The notes under the pieces were generated by a model that was not told where the DNA came from, did no database searches, and saw only the letters and a list, made by a program, of their open reading frames with translations. From Mytilus edulis (Eukaryota), in contig NC_092355.1 of NCBI RefSeq assembly GCF_963676685.1, positions 25,792,001 to 25,856,000 of the forward strand: a DNA stretch of 64,000 bases, read 5' to 3'. Shown piece by piece: positions 25,001-37,402 of this stretch. The translations under genes were made by a program, and so were the position numbers. The first letter of the stretch is position 1; each line of letters opens with the position of its first letter.

Positions 25001-28000
25001 CTACACCAAATAACAAACACTGATTTTGTTTGGATATTGAATTGGCATGGCAACATTTAATCAAAATTCATTCAAACAACAACAACAACAGTACACAACA
25101 AAAATTTGTCAATTAATAAAATGTTGATGACGATTGAACTAATCATTGTATCACAGCTGGGCGATCCAAAGCTGGTGTACTGAAGGGCGGTCCATTCAGC
25201 AATATTTCAGAATTAGCAGTTGTTCTATCCATAGTCTGCATAAAATGAGTTAAATTTCGCACCGATTGTGTGACTGTGCTTCAGCATGTTTGTTACTATG
25301 ACGGATATTTGCATGAAGACTGGAGCATCTGAAAAATAAATAAAACCAGCAGCAAACAAAGTTCAATTCATAAGCATGATAAAGGTGGGAGAGGACGGGT
25401 CTTAGCTTGTTAACGTCCTCTCCGTTCGATTTTCAAGATAAATGTGACCGTTAATATGCACGGACTTTTACTACTCGGCTATCACATGCTCAAATTAGCA
25501 TAATAAGAGTAAAGGACGACTCGATTTGTCGAGTTTCAATACATGTATATGTTAATTCGATAAATGAATTTCATTTTCATTTAATTAAATTCTATAATTT
25601 CGTCAAAGTAGTTGTCGTTATTCATGTTGTACACATTTCATTGATTTAAATCATGGTATTTTTATGTTGATTTCTAGTTTTTCAACATAGTCTATTTCGT
25701 CGTTTGACTAATATTCACCCTCATTGGCGTAGTCGTTGTTATGTTCAACTACTGTAATGTTGTTCTTATCTGCGTTATTGCTAGTAATTGTTTGAATGTG
25801 TCGTGAAGTACGTATACATTGCAGTTCTTCTTTTGTCATGGTTTTTTGGGGGTTTTATTTGGTTTTTAATATGGAAGTTACATTTTTGTGTGGAATAAGC
25901 GTTCTATAGGATTGTCGCCTAAACTAGGAACACCAAATTGTCTGACTATTCTGTAAATGAATGATTAGGTGGCAGTACAATTTTCTATTCATAGAAGCAA
26001 TGCTTTCATCAGTTTTCTTGCGAATTTTATTTATATATCTTTAAGGATATTTTTCCTAGAGATTTTTCGCGTCGGTATAAAGTCCAAGGCTTAATTACCA
26101 CTGGTATAAAAGTGATAACCGTAACTATAATTATGACTTTCCCAATATGGCGACGGCAAATATAGGTAAAATATGTACAGTCATTTTTCGCAAATGTAGC
26201 ATGTTTGTTGTACATAGTTACTCAGCTGCAAGGTTTTTCTATACCATTACATCATATTTGAATCGTAACGGTGCTCTGAAATTGTCTAAGCTCTTTGAAA
26301 ATTGCTGTTGAAAAGTTTGGGATGGTCATCGTAACTCGGAAAAAAAGATAATCGTAATTATGGTATTAAAAATGAGAGGACCATCGTAATTGGATAGTGT
26401 TTTATTGTTATTGACACTGAAACGTATATCTGACAGCATACAATAAAATTATGGTGATGAATTAATCACGAAATCGTTCCAACAGCTTATGACATTTCTT
26501 TTTGTTCATGTATGAATAATAGTTTGAATGTAAACAGCTACGTACTAGTATATCATAAAATTGAAAGGGTGAACCGCAAGCTTCAGGAAATTAGGAATTG
26601 GGGAAAACACGAACTATGTTTAAATACAGAAATTTCCAAGAACTAGGAATGTCACAAAAAATGGGAATGAGCGAAGAGGCAATTTGAAGTTTATGAATTT
26701 AAATAGTAACAATTAACTTTTCTAGATCCTTTACCATCCACACTAGTATTGTTTAATGAAACGTCCTAACATACAGATTGAAATAAACAATTAATTTCCC
26801 CATAGGCGACAATGACAGCCTTTTTTGTGATACAGACTTTAGAAAGTCGATTTTTGTAACAAAACCTTGCTAGAATTACAGAAAAGTTATTCGGACAGTC
26901 ATTTTTGGTCCAAAAAATATAGGTTCGCGTTGCTTTTCTTAACGTATTTTGTACTTATCTCCCATGCCTATCAATTTTGCACTTAAAAAACGTGTATCGT
27001 CCTAGCATTGAAAAGACTTGTCATTTCTGTTATGCTCATAAAATGGCTGCGCCCATTCAATCTAATGGTGTATTGTAACCTACATGGGTATTTAATCAAA
27101 ACATGTGAATGTAGATTTTAAAATCATATTATTATATCAGTATAAAACAGAAAAAAAAATCCACGGGAAAAAATATGAACGACTATTTTATCCGTAATTA
27201 TACATTTCATTCCAAAATTAGACTATATGCATTTTTATTGAAATATCAGTGAAAGGGCAAATTGAACACTCATATCCAACTATAAAATTATCAACTGTTA
27301 AATCCGATAATGCAGTTATAAAGTAATTGTTGCACATTTCGCACAGAATATTAGTTTAAACGTGATATTTGAGGCAAAACATATGGTATATTAAAATGTG
27401 GTATACGGGACTTTCCTTTTGAGCAATGAATTGAAAGGATTGCACTTTTGGGATATGGAATATTGCTAATCCCACCTTTCCACCCCTCCTCCCAAAATAA
27501 AAAAAAAACAACAAAACAACAAAACAAACCGAAAATACCCTTAAACACAACATTGAAACTTTGAAAGAAATTAAAATATTTACTTACCACAATCACTGAC
27601 TCGACAGCTGCATTATTTTCCATGTCTTTAACAAGTACATGTATATATTAATTATATGTTTGACTGCTTGTCTTTTTCATATTTAGCCAGGCGTTATCAG
27701 TTTATTTTCGATTTATGTGTTTGACTGTCCCTTTAGTATCTTTCGTCCCTCTTTTAAATGGTTACGCATAGTATTGTCAGTTATAAATACACTATATAAG
27801 TAGTTTATACCTAGGTTAAAACCTGTAAGTTTCTACATTTATTTGTATTTTGCGTAAATGTCATCGTTTAACTGGACATTTGCATTATAATTACGATTAT
27901 CAAAAAAAGAAAAATGTCATTGAGTTACGATTATATCCCGAATTTTTTACGGCAATTTTCATAGCCTTTAGACAATTATATAGCACTTGAACGATTCAAA

Positions 28001-31000
28001 TATGGTGTAATGGTATCGAAAAACCTTGCAGATAAGTAACTATTGACAAAAAAAATGCTACATTTGAGAACAATGACTGTAAAGATTTTACCTATATCTG
28101 CCGTCGCAATATTGGGATTGTCGTAGTTCCAGTGACGGTTATCAGTTTAATATCAGTGATTACGAAACGTTATAATTTCTGTGTTTGTAAATTATTTATT
28201 TGAATGGTTAAACAGAAATTGTTTAACATTTTTTAGGTTGTTATTTTGTTAATTTAGCAATATTAAATCGCTGTTTTCTGTGAATGAATTTATAAGCATT
28301 CAAAACGTTCAAACTTATAATTTTGTCGGACAAAAAACCAAAATTTTTATACGTGTGCATGTAAAAAAAACCATCTTGGTAGCGATGACTCAATACAGCA
28401 CAGACAAAATTTTCAGAAAGAGCAGAAAAGTGGAAAGTATATTTTACCAAAACGCACAGATGTTCTTAAACCCTACTGATTGCCATTTCGATTGCCAAAT
28501 AAACGGATCACCAGAATAACGAAACGTGCTTAATTATCAATTTTATACCCAACAGAAAACAATAAACACATGATAAACTTGATCAAAAAATGGTATACTG
28601 CAAACATGAGGTGCAAAACACTGGTACATCATATCCGAATTTTGACAACTAAAACCTCTTCAGAGATGTAATGAATCAAAACAGTATTTTAAAGGCCATA
28701 TAATTACTTCGGTACTGACATGATTTAACGATCATAATCTAGGTTACTTGTATTGAATTAGCTGGTTGCATTCATGGTCCTTTTTATAGACTTCGTATTT
28801 TTTATAAAAAAAAAGCTTCTGCAATTTGATTTTCAATTATACGTCAGTTACGCCAGACGTCAATTTTACAATACAACATAATTATACCTCTTCAGTAAAC
28901 ATGGTAAATTTCTGAAAGAAGAACACAACATATATATTTAATTTCAAATCGAACTAGTAGCTAATGCCACTTTAAAACTATCTGCCGATGGGAAATTACC
29001 TTTGAGATGAACGAATAAGTAATCAAAATAGGCACGTGAATAATATTGCATTCTTCACATCTTAATTTCATGTCTCATTGATGTCGTTTCAATATATTGA
29101 TCATTTACTGATTTTTTCCAGCCTGTCCTTGGTGTCTGTCCTTCCAGTACCATATGAACGGAAAAGATACAGGAATTTTGAGAGTATTTGCAGGAGATAA
29201 AACATCTTCTTTGAGTAGGATATGGATTAAAAGTGGACAGCAACTTAATCCTACCTCTTGGAAAACTGCTACCATAAATATCCCACAATATAGTAATCTT
29301 CGTGTATGTATACTACGACTCATTTATAAACAATGTATGAAAAATAAGAGTTTAGAATGTACTTACGTGAGGTTTTGGAAATTGTGTCAAATATTCAGAC
29401 TCCTTGGTTTTTTTTCATACAATGCAATGTAAAACATTTTACCCTTTCCCAGCAATTTATCTTTTTATGTAGACTTAATAGGCCATAAAGGGTCATTTGC
29501 TTAAATTTAAGTAGATTTTAGATTTTTTTCTATGGATTGAGACCAAAATAATACCAATGTAACATAAGATAAAAGTCCGAGCTAGCTTTTTCCCGCCATT
29601 TATAAAAATAGTTATCTCGAAAGGAGCTCCATGACCTATGGATATTTTAGCTTAGTTTATTCCTTAACTAACGTTATTCTGACTTAAGGTATCAATTTTA
29701 AATTCTTGATTTTTGAATTCCACAAACCCTCACTTTAGTACATCCTTTAGCAGAAATTGCTATCAAAGTGTGTCATATTGCCGTTTAAATGTAAAAAACA
29801 CCCATTATATGGAAAAACGGAAAAGTGGTATCTATATATGATTGATAATCAGAAAAGTATCCATGACATGGATAAATATCACAAACACAAACATGAATGC
29901 CAAATTGAAATGACACAACGTCACTGAACTAAATCGAACATTCATAATGGTTTCCTTTGATCTGTTTGTTGTATTAATGTCGTAAGTATTCTGTTACCTA
30001 CGTGACTAAAGAAACTGCAATTGTAGACTTTCAACAATTCATTATCCATGTTGCAAGTATGCGTAACTTAAAATATCACTCTTTAAATCATCCTGAAAGT
30101 ATTATGTTACTTGACATACCACTCTTTAGTTATCATCCTGTAAGTATTGTGTAATTTGACACAGCAGCACTTTAGTTATCATCCTGTAAGTTTTGTGTAA
30201 CTTGACATACCAATCTTTCAATATCATGCTATAAGTATTGTTTAACTTGACATACCACACTTAAGTTATCATCCTGTAAGTATTGTGCAACTTGACATAC
30301 CACTCTTTAGTTATCATTCTGTAAGTATTGTGTAACTTGACATATCAGACTTAAGTTATCATCCTGTTACTATTGTGTAATTTGACATACCATACTTTAG
30401 TTATCATCTTGTAAGTATTGTGCAACTTGACATAACACCCTTAAATATTATCTTGTAAGTATTGTGTAACTTGACATACCACACTTTAGTAATCATCTTG
30501 TTACTATTGTGTACCTTGACATACTACACTTTATTTATCAACCTGTAAGTATTGTGTAACTTTACATACCACACTTTAGTTATTATCTTGTAAGTATTGT
30601 GTAACTTGACATACCACACTTTAGTTATCATCCTGTTACTATTGTGAAACTTGACATACAACACTTTATTAATCAAGTATTAAGTATTGTGTAACTTGAC
30701 CTACCACTTTGATCTGTTTCTTATATTAATGTTGTAATTATTGTGTTACTAACGTGACTAAAAACTGCTATAGTAGACTTTCAACAATTCATTAACCATG
30801 TTGCAAGTATTGTGTAGCTTAACATATCACTCTTTAAATCATCCTGTAAGTATTGTGTAACTTGAAGAACCACACTTAAGTTATCATCCTGTAAGTATTG
30901 TGCAACTTGACATACCACACTTTTGTTATTATCTTGTAATTATTGTGTAACTTGACATACCACACTTTAGTTATCATCTTGTAAGTATTGTGTAACATGA

Positions 31001-34000
31001 CATACCACACTTTAGTTATTATCTAGTAAGTATTGTGTACTTGACATACCACACTTTAGTTAGCATACTGTTACTATTGTGTAACTTAACACACCACACT
31101 TTAGTTAGCATCCTGTAAGTATTGTGTAACTTGACATACCACACTTTAGTTTTTATCCTGTTTCTATTGTGTAACTTGACATATCACACTTTACTTATCA
31201 TCATGTTTCTATTGTGTAACTTGACATACCACACTTTAGTTATCATCCTGTTTCTATTGTGTAACTTGACATACCAAATTTTAGTTATCATCCTGTAAGT
31301 ATTGTGGAACTTGAAATACCACACTTTAGTTATCATCCAGTAAGTATTGTGTACATTTACATACCAAACTTTAGTTATCATCTTGTAAATATTGTGTAAC
31401 TTGACATACCACACTTTACATGCTTTAGTTATCATCTTGTAAGTATTGTGTATTTTGACATACCACACTTTAGTTATCATCCTGTTACTATTGTGTAACT
31501 TAACATACCGCACTTTAGTTAGCATCCTGTAAGTATTGTGTAACTGAACATACCACACTTTAGTTTTCATCCTGTTTTTATTGTGTAACTTGACATACCA
31601 CACTTAAGTTGTCATCCTGTTTCTATTGTGTAAATTGTCATACCACACTTTAGTTTTCATACTGTTTTATTGTGTAACTTGACATACCACACTCTAGTTA
31701 TCATCCTGTTTCTATTGTATAAATTGACATACCGGACTTCAGTTATCATCCTGTTTCTATTGTGTAACTTGACATACCAACTTTAGTTATCATCCTGTAA
31801 GTATTGTGTAACTTGACATACTACACTTTAGTTATCATCTTGTAATTATTGTGTAACTTGACATACCACACTTTACATGCTTTAGTTATCATCTTGTAAG
31901 AATTGTGTAACTTGCCATACCACACTTTATTAATAGTCGTGTCCATTACCAATCCCAGCAAAACATATTAATACCTTTGTCAATAAGTGAATTATATATT
32001 GCTTCCTGTACAGACTTTTTTGTAAAATGTATTGCGTTAACTATACATTTATTTTGTAGTTATTTTCATCGTAGCCTGATTTGACCTTTCTTATGTAAAA
32101 TAATTACTGGTAGAAAGGTGTGTGTCTGTTATAAGCTGAGGTTATAAGATTATAATGATGTGTGGTAATCAAGTAGTGCCCTAAAAATAACACTACATTT
32201 GATATGTTACCAGAGCAAGAACTAATCAAATTGTAATTACATAGTATTTATAATGATACAAGGCTAGGGTACCTGATGAGGATTTACGGCCTTGGTCAAA
32301 AATGACCTAAATGATATCTGAAACACCAGGTGCAGCTTAATCATTTTTACATCACTGGAAATCGAAGACGTCTACTTGATTACCACACATAATCTTATAA
32401 CCTCAGCTTAAAACAGACACACACCTTTCTACCAGTTATTATTTTACATAAGAAAGGTCAAATCAGGCTACGATGAAAATAACTACAAAATAAAGGTATA
32501 GTTTACGCAATACATTTTTTCAAAAAAGTCTGTACAGGAAGCAATATATAATTCACTTATTGACAAAGGTATTAATATGTTTTGCTGGGATTGGTAATGG
32601 ACACGACTATTAATAAATATTATCTGGTACATGTAAGTATTGTGTACTTGACATACCTCACTTTAGTTATCATCCTGTAAGTATTGTGTACTTGACATAC
32701 CACACTTTAGTTATCATCCTATAAGTATTGTGTAACTGGATATACCACACTTTAGGTATCATCCTGTAAGTATTGTGTAAATTGACATACCACACTTTAG
32801 TTATCATCCTGAAAGTATTGTGTAACTTGACATACCACACTTTAGTTTTCATGTTGTAACCATTGTGTAACTTGACATACAACACTGTTGTTATCAACCT
32901 GTACGTTTTGTGTGACTTGATATACCACACTTTATGTAACATCCTGGTAGTATTGTGTAACTTGACATATCACACTTAGTTATCACTTTGTAAGTATTAT
33001 GTAACTTGATATATCCCAATTAAATTATTAATAAGTAATTATTGTGTATCCATGAAGAACCTGTTGACCGATATTTAAAAAAATGTTTCACAGATATGTT
33101 CACTGCATTTACTTTTTCTTGTTCCATGCTTTCTTTCATTGTGATATCACTAAAACTATTCACTGTATGTACTAATTATTGTAACTTGATATCTCAATTC
33201 ACTAAAAGATATTGGTATATATTGTTAATTCTTTTAAACAAAACAAACAAGATCAAGATCACGTATGAATTACAGCCATATAGAAAATAAATTAAATATT
33301 ATGGTAATTTTTTCTCAATGTAAAAAAAATAAAATTACAATTAACAATACATCAAAAAAAAAGTTTTTATTTAAAACGTAAAAGTGAAAAAAAAGTACCA
33401 ACGTATTTAATACAGTTTGTGTCAGTGTATTGCATTACCATTCACAAATGTTTTTTTTTGTTACAGATCATCATAAACGCGACTCGTGGTTACGGTGGTT
33501 CGTTGAGTGACATTGCTATTGATGATATCATTCTCAAATCTGGTACATGTACTGGTAAGTTTTACTTTATTATTGTCGTTATCATGAATATTCATGAGGA
33601 ATTTTCCTTTTAATGTTAAGCTTAAAATAATGGATCAATGTTTCCATTACCATTAATTAAAGAGAAGGAACTATGGTTACATGATGTTGCTTGGTTTTTT
33701 TTCAAATATTAAAAAAAAAAAAAAAAAAACCCGATCTAAACTCAAAATGGGAATAAAACCGACAACCATCCAAAGAAGTAGTATACTGAATGGAAAAATG
33801 TCTGCATGTTTTGCATTTAAAATTAATCGACCATTTCGTACTATATTCATTTTGCATTGGAAACTTTGATATATGTCTCAAGAGATTAATCGAAAACAAT
33901 CGATTTAAAATGTTTAATACTTCAAAATTGTCATGGGAGAAATAAGCTGATACAAAATTATATATAAACAAGATAAAAAATATTTATTTACAATCGTTGA

Positions 34001-35392
34001 GAAAATTTATTTTTTCTTTGATACCATTAATGGCACGAATTGTACTGCATCAGATGCTTATATTCGTCGGTAAATATTTAGTGACTCAAAGTTAAAATTC
34101 AGTTTGAAATGAATCGTAGATAAATGCTTGATACCCCATGTTTAACATGTATAAGTCGTTAATCCCTGCATATGGTCCGTCACACTATGTTGATATGTTT
34201 ATGTCTTTCAGTTTGGTTTCTTTAATTTGCCGTATCATAGATATATACCTTACATCGCGTTTAATTTGTATAGTATTCGCATTATAAAAATAATACATAT
34301 TTCATGATAAGAACTTATTACTTACTGAGACGTACTAACTTATTAAGATGGTCTCTGCCATAGTTTTAAGTCAAAGTAAAATCTCACAGATAACCCAAAT
34401 AACAGATAACTTTAATAAAATGCATATCTATGTTTTCCAAACATTTATTGGGCAATGTGGATTACAAGTGAAGAATAGTTTACGTTTTTTTTTAATGTAA
34501 AAAATGTTTTTTATTAAGTTTTTTGAAATATTCCATAAAGAATTTGATGATAGAAAACATCAAATATAACACCAATTGTTCAATAAATACAACAAAGTTG
34601 TTATTTTTTTTTTGAATTATAACATTTAAAGTGTTAACAAACAAATTGTTTGATTGTAAGAGTAAGTAACATGTTTATTACTCTATTAAAAACAAAACAA
34701 AAATGGAGTTAAATTTTACTTCTGCTGCAAAAATCGACAGGTATGGGACATTCTAGTTATCTGAAATATTGATTTATCAAAATTGACTCAACCATACCAA
34801 ATTCATACGCATTACTGTATTCAAAGGCATGAGATGCATTTGGTTTTGAACCTTAAGAGTTAAAATAGGTTTACATTGAAATTCTACAGATATTAATAAA
34901 GGCAAATCCATAAAAACATGCAAAATACCAAGAGAAGCAATTCAAAAGTCCAACAATAGGTTGGTGTTAAACTAGTTGTACAGTGAACAGATTTTTACCT
35001 TATTTTCATCGTGCCTTCTCTTGGTCTCATGTACGTTTGAATGAAACATCCTTGAGTAGTTACAAGTATATCATAAAGATTACACATTGAGTAAATCAAT
35101 CGACAAGCATAGTTCCGTCTCATAAAAGACTTACACAACTTAAGTAAAAATAAGGCTTGCAAAGAATATGAACACATGCTCTGTAAATTTTATTAGAAAG
35201 CAAGACAGTAAAAAAGACGTGTCTTTCATAATCTACATATTAGATAAATATTCTTTCTTCCGAAATGACATTAGATAATACAGTCGAGAATAAGACATTT
35301 ACATTCATAATGTTTCTCAATATCAGAAAATTCTCATAAAAAGGTTAGGGACATTGTGTAAAACTATTTGTTTCTCTTTTTTAGATCCTTGA
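19019..35392 (+). CDS. Secreted defensin-like Cys-rich module + MAM domain protein (236 aa, 7 coding exons)
   Basis: Exons 19019-19082, 20186-20326, 20968-21065, 23861-23990, 29122-29303, 33467-33554 and 35385-35392 join in frame (711 nt, phases 1,1,0,1,0,1). All acceptors are pyrimidine-tract AG. Donors are GT except CAG|GCAAGT after exon 2. Signal peptide MMKFCCLIVIIPCIIYVTNG; Cys module CLASNGKCGTKGLTCEQKFGQGWINKGRCCNEKPCC; MAM hallmarks SCGFE..C, DDFDWTR, TPTASTGP, GKYYMFIEA, CLSFQYHMNG, DIAIDDI...G.C. Confidence 0.88.
20186..20326 (+). CDS. Exon 2, defensin-like 7-Cys module
   Basis: ctctttag acceptor; encodes ILTGQCLASNGKCGTKGLTCEQKFGQGWINKGRCCNEKPCCGEEEST; GC donor CAG|GCAAGT; symmetric phase 1-1 exon. 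Confidence 0.85.
20968..21065 (+). CDS. Exon 3, MAM domain N-terminus
   Basis: tttacag acceptor; encodes VKPEISHSCGFETTEQCFFKQTSNDDFDWTRGS; gtaagt donor. Confidence 0.9.
23861..23990 (+). CDS. Exon 4, MAM domain
   Basis: ctttag acceptor; encodes GFTPTASTGPTSAAEGKYYMFIEATGNFAIEQASFTTDGTNFQ; donor AAG|gtagga. Confidence 0.9.
24105..24667 (+). repeat. Inverted copy of the NAT16-like 3' flank (40993-41553)
   Basis: Colinear reverse-complement match over about 560 bp. Confidence 0.9.
26097..28160. mobile_element. Old DNA element with diverged TIRs of about 270 bp
   Basis: 26097-26365 matches the reverse complement of 27880-28160 (e.g. GCGACGGCAAATATAGGTAAAAT vs ATTTTACCTATATCTGCCGTCGC). Confidence 0.7.
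29122..29303 (+). CDS. Exon 5, MAM domain
   Basis: ttttccag acceptor; encodes ACPWCLSFQYHMNGKDTGILRVFAGDKTSSLSRIWIKSGQQLNPTSWKTATINIPQYSNLR; gtatgt donor. Confidence 0.9.
30045..33020. repeat. 45-bp satellite array interrupted by a foldback element
   Basis: Unit CATCCTGTAAGTATTGTGTAACTTGACATACCACACTTTAGTTAT. A unique leader of about 100 bp is repeated at 29956 and 30708. Confidence 0.95.
31926..32617. mobile_element. MITE/foldback element with TIRs of about 245 bp
   Basis: 31926-32176 is the near-exact reverse complement of 32372-32617. Ends read TTAA-TAGTCGTGTCCA...TGGACACGACTA-TTAA. Confidence 0.9.
33467..33554 (+). CDS. Exon 6, MAM domain C-terminus
   Basis: ttacag acceptor; encodes IIINATRGYGGSLSDIAIDDIILKSGTCT; gtaagt donor. 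Confidence 0.9.
35385..35392 (+). CDS. Probable terminal exon (D-P-stop) of the MAM gene
   Basis: Strong acceptor tttctcttttttag at 35384; the phase-1 join gives GAT CCT TGA. Confidence 0.6.
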
Positions 35393-37045
35393 GAGAGAAT
35401 AGAAAACAGAAGAAAAAAAAACGATGACATTGATTGTAGGATATTCATAGTTGCTTGTTCATTATAATGATCATGGTGATATTTAGTAGTTAGTACTTTA
35501 TAATGAACGTGTGGTAATAACAGTTACCTTTTAATTATAATGATCAGATTATACAATGATGAAAAAAGATTAAAAAAAATAGCATAATTGAAATAGGTTT
35601 TCTTTATATATTGTTTTGCCTTAAAAGACAGGGGGTATAATGCTTCCTGTTAGTTTCTTTTATGGTCACTCATTCATCATAGCATGAGTCAATATAACCT
35701 CCATCGATTTCCATACTGCACTGAAACTATAAATAACAGGAAAGAGGCTGATCTTATTTTAATAGTTCATTGACTGCTTTGTTTTAGGTAATTTGCATAT
35801 TTATCGTGAGTAATAATTTTTCTAAGGATTTCTTGCAAGGTCTACATATTTATCAAGCAGAGTTCACCTCACCTCAACCTTATTCCATGGATCAGTTATA
35901 CAGGTTAAAATTACATAATTAGGGTTCATTTCGCAGATACTATTAATACAAGCAGAAGATACACTATATATGGTGTATGGAATGATCATAAGGTGTAATG
36001 TCACACTGGCAAGCTTTGTCTGATATTGGCCTAATTTGCATTTTTAATTTGACAATGTTATTATTTTTTGGTTTTGATCTGTTTTGCAGACACTATTTTC
36101 ATAAGGTACACTATAGTTGGTATATGAAATGAATATGAAATGTACATGTCCATCTGACAGGTATCATCTAACCATTACCCATGTGCATAAGTCAATGGTA
36201 TAATATCTACATTGCAGACCTTTTCGACGGTTCATTGGTTAGTGTTGAGGTTTCGTGTCAAAATGTGTAACTACATTCAAAAAGTTAATTATTTGTGTGT
36301 GTTTAAAATTATTGTAAGGTATATTTTTTTGTCTGAAGCGTACATCTGACTTCAACCTGATTAACAATGTTTATTGATAATCATCAGTTTATTTCAAATT
36401 TGTTTTAACGCCTTTGTCTTAGAGATTGCACCATCAAATTAATCGTGATCCCCCTTTTTAAAAGTAAAAAACACAAAAAATCATATCATAAATCGAACAT
36501 TGTTTCTGTTAGCGCTTTTATCGCATCTCCTGCTGTTCATCAGACAGAATTGTTATCGTTAATAGTAACGACTTGTGACGTTACGTTATAAACCATCAAA
36601 TAATAGAGCAGAGCAAAGTTCTTATAACCGTCCTGACGCTTTGCCGCAAAGACCTCGTATACAATGAAGGACACAGGAATGCTTATACTTATTAGCGTTC
36701 TAGAGATAGAACACCTATTCCCGGAAATAATCATTTTTTAGGGGAAGGTCAGATGTGGAAAAAACGAAGGAAAAAGTAATTTCCAATCTTCTCAAAGACA
36801 AAACCGAAGGTAATTAATCTATCAAGTGGAGATTTATCTGACCAGGAAATCAAACTTTTGGAACATGGTTTAAAATTTACCCCAACACCAATATCTGACA
36901 ATGTTGATCTTATAACCGATACCGATGAATTCTGCAGAAAACTCAGACTTCGTGAATTCTTTGAAAACACTAATCATGAAGATGGATCCCTGGTACGGAA
37001 CTAAAGGTTACTAATCCTCAACCGAATAGGGACAAACATTTAGAA

Positions 37046-37340
37046 GATATTGCTATTGATGATATCATTCTCAAATCTGGTACATGTACTAGTAAGTTTA
37101 ACTTTATTATTGTCGTTATCATGAATATTCATGAGAAATTTTCCTTTTAATGTTAAGCTTAAAATAATGGACCAATGTTTCCATTACCATTAATTAAAGA
37201 GAAGGAACTATGGTTACATGATGTTGTTTGGTTTTTTTTCAAATATTAAAAAAAAAACAAAAAAAAAACCGATCTAAACTCAAAATTGGAATAAAACCGA
37301 CAACCATCCACAGAAGTAGTATACTGAATGGAAAAATGTC
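37046..37340 (+). pseudogene. Duplicated fragment of MAM exon 6 plus intron (copy of 33509-33802)
   Basis: ATTGCTATTGATGATATCATTCTCAAATCTGGTACATGTACT...GGAAAAATGTC is near-identical to the original; it lacks the acceptor. Confidence 0.9.
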
Positions 37341-37356
37341 ATAAATCGAACATTGT

Positions 37357-37402
37357 TTCTGTTAGCGCTTTTACCGCATCTCCTGCGGTTCATCAGACAG
37401 AA
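37357..37402 (-). ncRNA. Penelope-associated minimal hammerhead motif (G12A variant)
   Basis: Minus strand reads UUCUGU-CUGAUGA-ACCGCA ggaga UGCGGU-AAAA-GCGC-UA-ACAGAA: perfect 6-bp stems I and II and a palindromic loop III, but GAAA reads AAAA. A more decayed copy lies at 36504-36549. Confidence 0.7.

Noticed and set aside
32272-32310. CTGATGA in the foldback spacer as a hammerhead
   Set aside because: No GAAA follows a stem II, and there is no stem I pairing.
30045-33020. Regular repeats as a CRISPR array, and the MITKVWYVKLHNTYR repeat ORFs as a protein
   Set aside because: The 45-bp units are head-to-tail with no unique spacers, the context is eukaryotic and no cas genes are present. 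The ORFs arise because 45 is divisible by 3, and they are broken by stops and indels.
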